DNA of 63,810 nt, counting the filler, from Reticulomyxa filosa (lineage: Eukaryota > Protista > Foraminifera): NCBI GenBank assembly GCA_000512085.1. It is 19 parts of 19 records of this genome, joined end to end, with 100 filler letters (N's around TTAATTAATTAA, not from the genome) between each part and the next. Parts side by side here need not be neighbours in the genome. Positions count along the whole stretch, not along the records: positions 1 to 7,669 come from ASPP01020399.1; positions 7,770 to 18,656 come from ASPP01000268.1; 17 more parts are not named here. The stretch is one strand, 5' to 3'. Both the position numbers and the translations under genes were made by a program. Shown one piece after another: positions 1-13,516 of this stretch (position 1 is its first letter; each line of letters begins with the position of its first letter). The notes beneath the pieces were generated by a model. It was not told the origin of the DNA and did no database searches. It was given only the letters and a program-made list of their open reading frames with translations.

Positions 1-1190
1 TGTGTGTGTAAACTGAATGTTCGCCGGTACTTTTCTGAAGAGACTGGGCATGAAACAGTGAGGCCAAAAAATAGTGGAGTTCAAAGTAGTCATTTTGGGT
101 GAGAAAAATATTCATGTCATTCAAACTGAGATGGATGTGTGTGGACTTGAGCTTGCCGGTGGGCTCTCTTTGCATAATAAATTTGATGATGAGCATCTGT
201 CGCTCCAACAAGTGAATAATGCGGGATTTGTGATTGGGTGGGTCGTTTGCATGGCGACTGGGATTGGGAAACAATGAAATATTAACGGATTTGGAAGTCA
301 ATGTTTTGTACACACAAAAAGCAATGTCGCGATTCCCTTGTTCCTTTCGGATCTGTTGGATGTTGTGGTTGGACTCCCATTGCGAATTGGTTTGACACCA
401 AACGCATTCCACCAATTCAAACTCAAAGATTTCCGGTTCGCCCCCGATTTTTTTTAAGTTCTCGCCGAGGAACCACTGCGAAGAGGAAAGCTTCTGTTGT
501 TCTAATGTTTCCCCTGCTGGTAGTCCGCTCAGTCGCATTCGCAATCTTAGTTGTGCTATTTCGACCCGCACTCCGTCGATCACTTTTTGTAAAATCCCAT
601 ATTCGCTAGTTTTTTTTTTTTCTTATTACATTTTTTTTTTTCTTCACCCCTTTTTTTTTTTTTTTTTCCCAACATCAACCTCCCCCCCCCCTTAAAAATA
701 CAAAAAAAAAAATCGCACTGCATAATACATAATTACGTTGCTTCTTCTTGTTGTGAGGGGCCTGATGCGAACGACAGGTCATTTATACTTGTCTCTGCAC
801 CACTTGGCTTGGGCTTGGAAAAATCTCTTTGGATACATTCCATTTCAATTTGCCCGATTTTTACCACTGTCGCATTCTTTTTAATTGCGACGTAATTGGG
901 AAGCTGCACTGTTACATCGGACACTTTCAGTTTCGTCACTTCCAAAAATGGTACATACGACTCCATATATATGTTCACCACGTTCACATCGATCTCTGTT
1001 TGTCCCACACTACTTTTCTTCCAAAAATCCTTGCCTAGTTTAAACAAAGGCAAAAATGTATTTGTTTCTCACCAAAGTCTTTCAATTGCACACTGCCTTT
1101 GATCAATGAGACATCCAATTGCTTCTTGCTATAATTTTTGATCACTTTGGACAAAAAACCACTCAATTTTTCCACAACAATGTTTGACAT
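1..1190 (-). CDS. Chorein-N bridge-like lipid transfer protein, BLTP3/UHRF1BP1-like (5' part, multi-exon, runs off the window start)
   Basis: Spliced translation MSNIVVEKLSGFLSKVIKNYSKKQLDVSLIKGSVQLKDF|EIDVNVVNIYMESYVPFLEVTKLKVSDVTVQLP...|EYGILQKVIDGVRVEI resembles the UHRF1BP1 N-terminus (KHLSRFTKNLSPDKINLSTLKGEGELKNLELD...EYGFAEKVVEG). ATG at 1190. Confidence 0.75.
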
Positions 1191-2273
1191 GGTTCAAATA
1201 TAGGATTATTTGAAACTCTTAAAAAGGCCTAATTTGAGCGCTATTCTTCTATTTTTCTTAATATTGTGTAAAATGCATGTTTGCTACATTACAATCTTAT
1301 AGAAAAGCTTAATATATTTATATTTTACAAAATTTATTTATTTAAGTCAACAAGGACAAATACATTAGATTTGCAACATCAAGTAACATTTGCACATTTT
1401 ATTTAATTGATTATTTGAAGTGAAGTAATACACAAGCTTAAATCGAGCTGATGTAACTGATATAACAATTATAGCCGCTTTTTCTGGTCAGTAATGAATA
1501 GAAAAAATTGATAATATCTCAATATACAGAGTTATACATCATTTTATTATAAATTTGAATAATTGTTTCAAGGAAAATGTGGTGCTGTGGTGTAAGGCAC
1601 TGTGAGCGTAGAGGTAGCTGAACTTAAATCAATTTCACTAAACTTTTTTTTTCAAATTAATTTAAAATTATTTCAGAAAAAAATAAGAATCTATTCAACA
1701 CTCCTTAAGCTTGTATTCGTGTTGTTATGAACACGCAATCATAAAAAAACTCCAAAACCATGTCTCGCAACTGTTTTCAGATTGTACTTTTTTTTCATCA
1801 AAGAATGATAAAGAAAAAAAATTTTTTGAACAGTTTTATTTTATAAGATGATCCAGCAAACGAAATGTGACCGGGGAGCTCGCCGCACCGACACGGTTGA
1901 CATCCGGCCTGCACAGTAAGTTTACTGATTCTTTCAAATAAAGTGTTGTACCTCTACAAATTTGAGGTAGTCGTTATTCCTATTAATGCCTTGTCTGTAT
2001 AGGCCTACTAAAATTTCATGCATCACACTTTTTTAAAAAAAAAATTGTTATTTTGAACATCAAGAAATTGAATAATGATTTTTGATTATTTTCAATTCTT
2101 TGGTTCGAAAATACGCCGAAAAGAAAATTTTTTATGTCACAATTTAAGAACTTTTGCCAAAATGATCGCATTTTCAAATTTGTCACACGAAGGAGGGTTC
2201 TCAACAATATTTTTTTGTGATTGTTTATTTTTTTTACGTTCTTGTCAAAACAGTATCTTCTTTCTTGTTCAAT

Positions 2274-3582
2274 ATGAATAACCTTCTACAAATAAAACCT
2301 TCAATTGATACATCTACGACTGGAGCTATTAGTATTTCGTTGGAAACCTTAGACGACGAAAAAGTTTGGTCCATTGTTATTAAGTATTTGATCCGGACGC
2401 TACACATTGGCTTTGGATGGGATGGTCATATAGAAAAAATCATCACGAAATATGTTTGTTTTATTTATTTATTTTTTTTTTAATTAAAAAACAATATATG
2501 TACATATATACGTATATAAATATATAAAGACCGTAAATTATTATTTTCGGGACTTTATGGAACGGCATATCTTTAAAAGGGTTGATCTACATCATGATTT
2601 GATCTCAAGTATAGATTATTTAAAATTGAATAATCGTCAATTAATTTGCTCTGGATCATATGACAAAACTGTCAAAGTATTTGATTTAAAAGCAAATAAA
2701 AAAATTAGATCGTTCAATGGACATTTAGACTTTGTGAACTGTGTGAAATTTTCACCATATCATTATCATAATGACAACCGTAATATCATTTGTTCTTCAG
2801 CAGCTGATAATACAGTTTATTTTTGGGATTTTGAAAATGATACATTATTAAAAAAAATGAGTTCATCATCACCATTTTATGATATTATATTTTCATCATT
2901 TAGTGGTGGTAGATATTCATTTTTTGGATCATTTAACAAAAAGATTAATTTAGCAGATATGGACACATTTAAACTCATTTACATTTTTAAGGGACACGAA
3001 GGGCGTGTCTTATGTTTAGATATTTTACCATTACAAAATAATAATTATAATGATGAACATAATATTATTGGTGTGATTGGTGGTAATGGATATACTTTTT
3101 GTTCTGGTTCAGATGATAAAACAATTCGCATATGGGATATTGAAAAAGCCAGTCAATTGAGCGTATTAGAAGATTCATCACCAATATTTAGTGTAAAATA
3201 TGGATCAAGCAAGTTTAACATAGTTGGTGGTGCAAATACGATATTATCTGGATCAAGTAATAAAAAAGTTTGCCTATGGGATATTCGATCAGGTAAATTA
3301 ATTGAAGAATTTAATGGACATGAAGATTCTGTCAACTGTGTGGATTATTCATCATTTGTAGTAAATAACTTGGAAGTTGGCGATTCAAATGTGATATGTT
3401 CTGGATCATGTGATAGTACAATCCGCTTTTGGGATATTCGATCAAAAAAAGGTGAATTAGCAATATTAAAAAGTGTTGATGGAAGCGAAATTTTTTCTTT
3501 AAAATTTATCGAAAATTATATGTTATGCTATGGTGCAAGGAGTGGTAAATTATTTGTAGATGACTTTTTTAGAAAAAAATAA
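2274..3582 (+). CDS. WD40-repeat protein (lineage-expanded family), 2 exons
   Basis: Multiple GH...WD repeats (GSYDKTVKVFD, GSDDKTIRIWD, GSCDSTIRFWD). Short first exon ...IVIKYLIRTLHIGFGW is shared with the paralog at 53265. Confidence 0.9.
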
Positions 3583-4101
3583 GGGAAACTCTTTTTTTGT
3601 TACTCAGTGTATATGTTCGCTTTGTCACTAGAATTTTTACAGTCATCAGAAAACATTAATTAAATCTTCATTGTGTTATTAAATTATTTTGTGTAATGCG
3701 ATTGTTCTTAAAAAAAAAAAGATTGACTCGTACAAAAGTTGGGCAATACATAATATTCTACAATATTCTTTTGTTTTGTGAAGGTTTCATATGAAAATTA
3801 CGAACAGAAATGAACTTGCTTTGCTTTGACAATGATTGCAATTATATCTCTCTCAAGAAAAAAGACAAACAGATCCCACATTTAATTTGAATATTCACCA
3901 GCAATTGTTGTGGCACAAGTAAGCTTAAATAACTTTTGGAATATTTCACCTCAAATTTCTTCCTTTTACAAAGAAGATTTTGGAAATAGTGTATTTCAGG
4001 CGATTTTTTTTAAATTTAGCAGAAACAATGTTTACTCTTTTTCAAATTTTGTTTGAATCAATAAATCTACTTTTAAGGAGGGAAACAAAACATAAAGAAT
4101 T

Positions 4102-6279
4102 TTAAATCAATTCAAATACTGATAAACGATTATCTGTTAATACAGCCAAACGATTTTGAAACATTCTGACCCCGTGAATGCTGTCAGCAGAATTTAAACA
4201 TATGTAGTCCTGATCACTAGTAACGTCGTTGATGCCTTTTGGCAATTGATAGAAATTCAGATATTCCTTGAAATCGACAATGATTGCTGTACTCCCATTT
4301 GCAGTTAGCATCACACTTTTGGGATTTCTTCGACTGGATGACACCATACCAAATCCTGGAAAGGTTTTGATATGCTTCATTTTGTACTGTGCATTTACAA
4401 ACAAACAATTCTGTCATACGAAAAGAACAAAACAAACAAAAAGGCATTTCGAACTTGTGATTTGGATTCATTGTCTAAGTATTGCAAAGCAAACACAACC
4501 ATATCAACATTAAATTGGATGCCTAAGTAGAGCAAAGTGGAGTCTAAAGTTTGATCTTGAAAAGAGCTGAAACAGATTAAATTCGTGCATGAAGATTTGT
4601 GGAAATTGAAACATTGTTTGGAGCGTATTTTGACGCTTTTATCAACACAAGGGAAATCAAAGCATTCCAGTACAGCTGTGTTGTGTTCACTGTGACAGAG
4701 CATATTTTCGAATTCTTGCGTATCGTGCGTCTGTGCCTCTTCTTCAGCATCTTCGTCCTCTTGCAGCTCATCTTTAAATAACGATTATATATACATATAT
4801 ATATAGTGAGAATGTATTCACATAAAGCAAACCTTGCACAAATATGTGATTTTTACAATTAGCAACAGAGTATTAATAATAAAAAATGAAAAACCTGTAG
4901 TCGATGGTTCAGTATCTTTTTTAAATCTTTTGGTTTCTGGCAAAGCTCCCAAACCAGTGTGCTTTTCTTCTCCAATAGACAGGTGATCATGCTTCGAGTC
5001 AGTGTGGTCATCTCTCGCCATTTCTGTGAGGGATCTTTTCTTAGCGTGGCATGAGGAGTGATCACCCGAAGAAGAAGAAGAAGAAGAAGAAGAAGAAGAA
5101 GAAGAAGGACAGCTGCTATCTTTCAACTTCGATGTACTTGTAATGGTAAATTTGCCAAGAGATAATAGCAACAATTGGTAGCCATGAGACGCGTCCTTTC
5201 GAAAGATGCCTGATTGGATGGAACCTCCTCCTTTCAAATGCCCAGTCGCAATACACGTCGAGGCCTCATAATTGACGTCGACAATGGAGCACCACAGTTC
5301 ATTGCTCGTCGCATTCCAAAACGACACCAAACACCGAATCACATGTGCATCTATTCATTCCATCATCCAATGCATAAAGAAGATTAAATGTTATTGGTTG
5401 TGGTGCAGCAACCCAAATAAGCACCTCGCAATTGCGCAACAAACAAGTATATATTTTTCACAAAGGTCTGTCACCAGTGAGTGTACATAAAAAAAAACAT
5501 CAAATAAGTAAAGAAACAAATGGATATACAATTACATAAATATATATATATATATATATGTATATATCACATATAAACCTACGTAACCGCAATATGAATG
5601 GCACTTTCAACAAAGATTAGACCATCTTTAATGTCTACACCTTCGACTGAAAATGAAACTGAAGTCTTCTCACTCACAGTGTCAGGTTGGTGAGGATTGC
5701 AAAAGATAACTACAAGCGACATATCTTTTCGAGACAATACTAACCACTCTTTCCATTTCGTTACTCCTGTGATCGCTGATCCATTTTCTTTGAAATATAA
5801 TATCTTGCTTTGACGCTATCCATTTCAAAATCAAAAAAAAAAAGACAAAAAACTTCACATACAATTTTTTTGTCATTGTTCTGTTCCCCAATACCAAAAA
5901 AATAAAATAAAATATATATGTATATATAAATGAAAACTTCAGTTAAATCGTGCAAATAAACCCTTTTGCTGTCGAACGAATACAAGAAACTCGTATTATC
6001 CATTGGCAAACAATAGTTGGTTCTCAAAATCTTATCCATTTGCTCAAACCTCTTTTCTGGAGATGATGTTCCAGCCAACACTTGCATCAATTCGTGAGTT
6101 TGAGGTAATGGCATCTCAAACGACTGAGAAGTCTCTCCATTGCTTTTTTCACCATTTGCCTCTGTGCTGCTGTCAACTGGGGCAATAATTGAATTGAAAT
6201 TCAACTTATAGCTATCAAATTTGTTATTTAGGAGTTTTCGATCAATACTAAGAGTATCTTCATCAACCAAGGCAGTCAT
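4102..6279 (-). CDS. NUDCD1: NudC domain-containing protein 1-like, multi-exon
   Basis: N-terminus LSIDRKLLNNKFDSYKL and C-terminus HIKTFPGFGMVSSSRR...RLAVLTDNRLSVFELI match the NUDCD1 termini. ORF pieces at 5761-6279, 4818-5342, 4395-4703 and 4102-4404. Confidence 0.7.
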
Positions 6280-6751
6280 ATCTAATTATTATCAAGATGG
6301 CAAGAAAATTCAAAGTTCCCTTTGTTTGTTCCAAAACAAGAGAATAGTAGCTACGCAACTGAAATAAATGTTCAATGGCCTATTCTCGGAATTGATGTAC
6401 GATTCCATCAGAGTTTGGTTATTATTGGATGTGAACAAACGAAAAGTAGCGGTTAAAGCAGTTCTAGCACAGACGCTGCTGTGCCACTTGTTTTTGTTTT
6501 GCATTTGAGTTGTATTGTCGTTTGGCAGTACAAGAAAACGAGTACACAAGAGCGACCTTAAAAAGGGGAGGAAAAAACCCCAGCAACACCATGAAATGGT
6601 CTCTTTGAGTGAGCAAATCTTGAAAGAAGATAGTTAATTTGTTTATTTTTGATCAGCAAAGTATTTGCATGGCAAGCAAGCAGGTTTTTATAGTTGGTGG
6701 TATTTGTTTTGTTGTTTTGCAACAAACAAAAGAGTAGAGAAGTGGAGGAGG

Positions 6752-6785
<34 letters not shown>

Positions 6786-6805
6786 AGACCACTTAGGCTG
6801 ACCGC

Positions 6806-7669
6806 TTGCATGAGTTGCGAAAAATTGGTCCAAATATGTCACAAACGCCATTGACTCCAAACAGTACAAATTCAGCAGCAATGACGCCATCACCGCCACC
6901 AGAAGTAGCAGCAGCAACAGCAACAACAGCAGCAGTGGCAGCAACATCATCGTCATCATTATCATCATCACTCGCATCATCCTCCTCTTTCTCTTCCTCT
7001 TCCTCCTTTTCAGCAGTGAAATGGAAAAGACATGAGAAAGACCATAAACAGACCGAGCATATAGAAGGAACGGGATACGAGCATCGCAGAAGTGTTCCAT
7101 CGACAGTGCGCGTTGAAGTGGAAGCGACAGACAGATGGAGCAGCGGACACGAAGACGGGAGCGACATGCAACGCCGACGAGTGGATGACAAGAAGACAAA
7201 GATGATGCGACCGACAATGGAAATAAAGGCGCCGGCGTTGTATCACTCTCAAGACGAGCTGCGATACTACCAAAGCCCGTCGTATCCACAACAGACAGGC
7301 CGAGACAAAGACGCACGTCGCACACACAAGAAAGCGGCCAAGTTGAATAAAAGGAAGTACTTTGCGTCGATGGAAATGAACCCATCTCGCGACGATGGTA
7401 TCGACCGAGCCAAGGAATTGGACACGACACAACAAGACGACAAACAACAGCAGCAGCAGCAGCGCAACTTTTGGCTGAGCGTACATCACGCCGGTACATA
7501 TCATACCAAACGTGGTATCGTCAATGGCAATGCGAAGCTTGTTAATCAGTCACTGGTTCATTATCGACATATACACGACAATTGGATTGATGCTTTGCAT
7601 CAAGGAAATGATAATGATAATAATAGTGATGATGATGATGATGATGATAGCATTGATGATGATGATGAT
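6806..7669 (+). CDS. Hypothetical low-complexity protein, truncated by contig end
   Basis: About 290-codon ORF with higher GC and S/A/Q/D runs, ending in a GAT microsatellite. Confidence 0.55.
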
Positions 7670-7769
7670 NNNNNNNNNNNNNNNNNNNNNNNNNNNNNNN
7701 NNNNNNNNNNNNNTTAATTAATTAANNNNNNNNNNNNNNNNNNNNNNNNNNNNNNNNNNNNNNNNNNNN
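7670..7769. other. Artificial contig-joining spacer (N-run + TTAATTAATTAA + N-run)
   Basis: Identical 100-nt spacers with stops in all six frames also start at about 18657, 21256, 22957, 24215, 29397, 35171, 37362, 38627, 40748, 43160, 44394, 46302, 47918, 54058, 55166, 56266 and 57620. Confidence 0.98.
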
Positions 7770-8562
7770 CATTTTAGGTGTCAACTTTCTTTTTTATCTT
7801 ACTGTATTTGTAAATTTTTTTTATCAGGTTTTTGCAATAACAACATTCCTATTCTTTTTTGAAAACGTTCTTTACCTTGAACTAGTTTCTTGACATTATG
7901 ACAAATACCATTTTCGTTTTGACGAAAAAAAAGAAAGTTAAGGAGAATAAGTTAATAATTAGAGAAAACAACTAACAGAGTATGCAATTACAAAAAAAGT
8001 TCATTCAAATATTATTTTAAACGTTTTTTTTTCTAGTAATATCTTTTTTATTTCTTTTCACACTTTAGTTTCTTTATGATTGTCAATATGTCGGACATTT
8101 CAAATAATTATTTAGTCTTGCTTTTGTCGGAAATCATGCAGTGCCAAAACTGTTGCGAAAATTCATTGACATTAAAAAGTCGCTCAACATACAAATCTGC
8201 TAGAATAAAAAGTTACAAATTGATTTTAAAATATTTAGTGTTAAAATTGTGGAAATTTTACCAAACATAAATAAAAAGAATGATCTAACTATTAAATATA
8301 GTCACCTCTGTAGAACACAATAGAAGATATCCACTTCCTCGTCAGATCGATAAGCGAATTATTGAAATAAATTGTATGTACTCAAAATTAATTTCTTGTA
8401 ATATAAGTAATTTACGCATTAAGAAATATGGTTTCATAAAGGCAATTCAAATTACAAAGTGTATGGCTGATAGATTGTATAACTGTTTAGCTCTAAGAGC
8501 TTAAAAAAGTCAATATTAAAAAAGGGATTCGTCATTTTTAATACCTGGAAGCAAGAATAAAT

Positions 8563-11037
8563 ATGAATATCCAACAAATCCCTGGAGGAGATGATGATTT
8601 TGTATGTCTTAAGATATATTTTAGGTCTTTTTTGGATGTATCTGCCCATGATAGTGCTGAAAGGCTTCAGGCGTTTGACAAACTTGGAGAATCAGTAATT
8701 CAATTTGCTTCTACGCTGTGTGCAAACTATTTGTGGCAACGGGACGCCTTTCATTTGGTTCGTCACTACAAAACCGAAAAGTTAAAAACATGGAAATGAG
8801 TAAAAAATGCTGTGTACGAAAAAAGAAAAATAAAAAATGAAGCCACACAAAACCAAAAAAAAAGGAATGCAATATCTTATTGGGGTCACACTCGCTTGTA
8901 CACCGGTAATAATATCGAGGATGAGTGGTTTATGATCTATTTGTTATTCGCATTGTCGCAACAGTTCCAAGAGCAAGTAATAATTTCCGTAGAGGATAAC
9001 GACGGGGAAGTGTTGTTGATTGAATGTGCATACAAATTGCCGAAGTGGTTATCGTCAGTAGATGCAACAAGAAAAAATTATGCGTTTGTTTACAAAAATG
9101 AAGTTCATATTGTGTCATTACAAGCAGCGCAATCACAATCGCAATCCAAATTAGACACAGACAAAACATTGGAAGCATTGAATATGCTATTTTCCAATAG
9201 CAAGGAATTAAACAAAGATCCTAACAGACACGCGGTGGATAAAAATATCCAGCAGATCATTCAAGGAAAACTCAATCAATTTAGTAGAGATCCAAAAAGA
9301 TTGCAACAAAATAATGCCAATGTCGATTGCAAGGGCGATAGCAATGAACATTATGCATTATGTGTTTTGCCATTGTCACTGAAATACTACTTACAAAGAT
9401 ATTGTGGCTTGCTACCATTTGTTGGCGAATTTTTGATAAAATATCATTTGGAAATCGACAAATGGGTCGGTCAACAATATGATCCAACCAAAAGATTGTC
9501 TCTTCAACATATAGAAGAAGATGAGCTAGTTTTTTGCTCTTTGCGGATGACTCATTATTGCTATGCCATGATTGATTCCCATAAACTATTTGCACACAAA
9601 AACAAATTGTTTATCAATCGTGGTTTTGATTTTCAGGAATATGTCAAACGTGAATATAACAATAATAATAAGAAGAAGAATATTAGCACAAAAGACTTAA
9701 ATAGCTGGTCAAAAAAAGTGCTAACAAATAATGGAATCGACTTGAATCAAATCAAGATCGCATTCGAGTTTGGTGTCAAAATTGCTGTCACCATGGAATA
9801 TATTCTTTCTCAAGGAAAACCATTTGTAAATCCTTCTGCCGGTCTTGGGCAAAATACATGCTCTTGTGATGCTATTTCAAATGTGGCCAATACACAGGCA
9901 GATGTCGATCGCATCTTTGACACGAATTTCAACTTGAAGTGGAAAAAATATTTAAACAATTTGAAACGGATTGGGTATTTTAGTGATTTGTTGGAACATT
10001 CCAAGGCCTATGATGCCAAGTTAGATGAAGCTAAACAATACTATTTAAAAAATATTCACAATTCATTTGGCAAAGAAGTTGACAACAAATCCGAGAAAAC
10101 AACGAGCCAACGCACAAGTACTAAAGATTCCAAAATTAAAATGATTGAATCCAAAATGATATTTTTTGAAAAAGATTATTATGATCAGTTCACTTGCTAT
10201 ACTGATAAGGACAATACCAACAAAGAGAATAGTGAATGGATCAATAAATGCATCTACTGTGCTAAAAAATTGTTTGCTACCAATGAGAAAGTAAATTCAA
10301 TGAAGGATGCGATATTTGTGTATGACAATTCAATGACAAAGGAACAAGAAGAAAAAAAAGGAGAAACAGATTTATCACAAATACAATTAAGAAATGATGA
10401 TATTTCATGGCTGCACATTAACGAAAAAGACTTGGATCAAATGATGAATGATCAGTACTTGCCTCGTGATATTAAACAACAAGAATTGCTTTATCAGGAG
10501 TTTTTGGAAGGGGATAAACAAGGTGAGGACGAATCTGACACACCAGATGAAGAAAAACAAAACTTCAAAGTCCCTCAAGATTGGCAAAACTTCAGCCAAT
10601 CCGTACATTCTTTCTTGAAAACTACGAGCGGTTTGGAAGGTGTCGAAGTTCGAGATAAAGGCAACTCAGCCTCTGAAATTAATATCGACGGTGATCAAAT
10701 CCTCAATATTTTAAATACACAGTACGATGAAGATACATCATCCTTTTCGCAGAATCAAACCTCCGAAGAGCAAATGAGATATTTAATGGAAACAATGGAC
10801 CTCGAATTGAATCAAAAATACCTGAAACACAAGGATGGTAAACAAAAAGATCATTCTGATGAACAAAACTCATCCGAAGAGATCACAAGAGAACCTTTGG
10901 ATATCGATATTCACTTAGTACAAAATATTTTGGACAGCCATTTAGCGTCAACTGATACTGGTGGAATGGGACCCGCACGACACTTATTAACTCAATTGGG
11001 ATGGAAACTAAACACTCCACAAACAAATTCAAAATGA
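8563..11037 (+). CDS. ECD: Ecdysoneless (ECD/hSGT1) homolog, 2 exons (intron 8781-8864)
   Basis: Motifs YLWQRDAFHL, GNNIEDEWFMIYLL, DNDGEVLLIECAYKLPKWL, WKKYLNNLKRIGYF and DIDIHLVQNILDS...GPARHLL. The GT..AG phase-2 intron joins the two ORFs in frame. Confidence 0.9.
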
Positions 11038-11578
11038 TTTTATAAACACTAAATCACCTATTTTTACGACTTTCTCTTCCATGTTTGTGTTTCTTAAACT
11101 CGGTATCTCCTCACCAACTTCCCATACTTTTCAACAAAAAACTCAAGAATATTTTTTGTATTATTGAGCATAATTGATCAAAAGAGTCATTTTTCAGTGA
11201 AGCAGCAAGCCGAAGACAATTAAGACGAGATATGGTCACTGATAAATAATATTTCTTCAAAAGTAACTTTCTTACGTTAGAAAAAATGTACTGAAAAATA
11301 TCATTTTTCTATGATCTTTATTCAATTTATGTATTCAACGAATGGTGAATTCATTCTAGTGATATCTCACATAGGCAAACACAACAAGCAAAAAAATTAC
11401 CACTGTCCGTCACAAATTTCTTATTTTTTGGTTGATATCGAGTGAGTCATCCTCGAAACATTTCTAGTAAATCAAAAATAATTGATAGAGTATAACTTTG
11501 TATAGATAAGACTCAATACACGGACAGTTGAGTAAAGTACTTGAGAAAAAAAATTAAATTGTTAGGCCAAAAGAAAGT

Positions 11579-13516
11579 CTAAAAGGGCCACATTCTCTTG
11601 AAGCTGTAAGAGCTTACAGAAGCTTCAGCACATTTAATACAAATATCTTGGCCCATGGAATGTTCTTTGGATTTACCGGCAGGACAATGAAACACAGCTT
11701 TGGATTTAGGAATCGACTCAAAGCACTTATTGCACATAACATTGCTTGTAGGATAACACTTTTGTGTCAAAAAGGCGGCCATTTCTTGTCCACAGTCGCA
11801 CACAATGCGTTTATTAATATGTTGTGTTTGTGATCGTGCTTCACCACAAGAGTGGCACAAGTCAAACCCTTGCGAATGTTGTGAGTTAAAATTCGTTGGG
11901 CAATGAAGATAGCCCTGATGCAACGAAATTTGCGAGTGGCAAATATCGCAAGCAACAATCGTGTTATTCGCATACTGTTGAGTAATTGTAGTTTCTACCA
12001 GCTCAGTTCCACATTTGCATAAAACTCCACTCCCAATAGCCTCATTTTCCGTGTCCATATCGTCTTCAAACTGTTTCACTGCCATTTGTAAAACCTTCCA
12101 TTCTAAATCAATTTCTCTCTGCGTGCATCCAAGCAATTTTATTTTGTATTTTTCTCCTCCAACTACATGCCAACTTTTTGGATCTTGTTTTTGTTTTTCA
12201 GCGGCCTTTTCATCGTCTTGGTTTATATTCTTCTCTTCTACATTGTTATGATTCGCTGCAGCAAGAAGGGAACCATTCTAAACATTTAGCAATCCCCCCC
12301 CAAAAAAATTACGTGTACGTAAAACTATTTATATTTCGATAATACGATATGTATACTTATTATAATAAATAAACGCACATATAATTTTTTTTTGATAAAA
12401 AAAAAAAAGAAAAAACGACCCCCCCCCCTTCCATCTACATAAATGCCCAACAACTTTTGCTTCTTTGTCATTGTTTTGTTTCTCATCAGGTAGTCCTTGT
12501 TCGTATTCCAATTCAAGTGGGAATGGAGACGATTGATCTTCTTCCTCCTCAGCAATGGGCGTGGGGAAAAGGCCGTATCGTTGCGCCAAGACTTGGTTTT
12601 CGCACGTGACAATCCAGCGTTTGTTTTGAGCGTCAAAGCGAATCAAAGTATCGCGTTCGGAGGTTCGATGTCGATAAGAAGGTCGACCGTCGTAAGGCTG
12701 TTTCCATTGGCGTTCGTATATACCACTGATACGTCCGCTTAGTTCATCGGAATTAATACGAAGCAATTCGGTGGAAAAGATCAATCTCTCCAAATACGCT
12801 TGTTTTAAAACGCAATGAGCCCAACAATGAGTCGACAGATGGTCTTTCAACTCTTTGCGAAGAAGCGACCCTTTTGCAATGACACAGCCAAAACCTTCAA
12901 AGGGGCATGCTGCTACACTCATGGCGCACTTTTGCAAATGCTGTGGTATGTGCTTACGCAGAATCTTGTCGTTCGTGCAACCTTTATTGGGACATGCGAT
13001 TGGAGCATCAGTACATTCGTCGCGCAAATGCGCTTCCGTTTGTTTGCGCAATACTTTTTGGTTGCAACATTTGCAATCGATTGGATATTCCTCACATTCT
13101 TCCCAATGCTTTGCCTCGTCTTTTCGCACATATTCTACTTTTTTGCAGAATGTGCAACTTACTGTGCTCAACATACACTGCTGTAAATGCCCCTCTAACT
13201 TATTCAACTCCCCTATCCATTCGCATCCACTTTCACGATTGTTGCACTTCACCCTCAGCTGTAGGATCTCTCGCTTGATAAATCCACTTGCATTCTTCGA
13301 TTGGATCTCACTCCGACAGTTTGGACATACTGATTGGTTATGTGACAAATACGAACTCAAACAATCTTTGCAAAACAAATGCCCACAAGGCTGCGTTTCC
13401 GTGGGTTCACGTGCTATGCAAGTGCATATTGCACAACGGAATTTCGACGCTTTGTCATGATCTTCTTCTACAAAGTCTTCACTATCATAGCCACTTTCCA
13501 AAACTTCTTCTGGCAT
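11579..13516 (-). CDS. RING + TRAF-type zinc-finger protein with two C-terminal ZZ-like zinc fingers
   Basis: C3HC4 RING (CAIC...CGHLFCKDC...CPNC), repeated TRAF fingers (CNNRESGCEW...HLQQC), and a distal exon with two CxC...CDIC/CNKC...HCP...H...DLC/DIC units. Confidence 0.85.

Noticed and set aside
1580-1625. tRNA-like start GGTGCTGTGGTGTAAG
   Set aside because: No T-arm (GTTCGA) or acceptor-stem partner follows.
6558-7499. Long antisense or overlapping ORFs (also at 26575-28020, 44438-45005, 50618-51474)
   Set aside because: Shadows of microsatellite-rich coding sequence on the opposite strand (poly-L/F/M/C runs).
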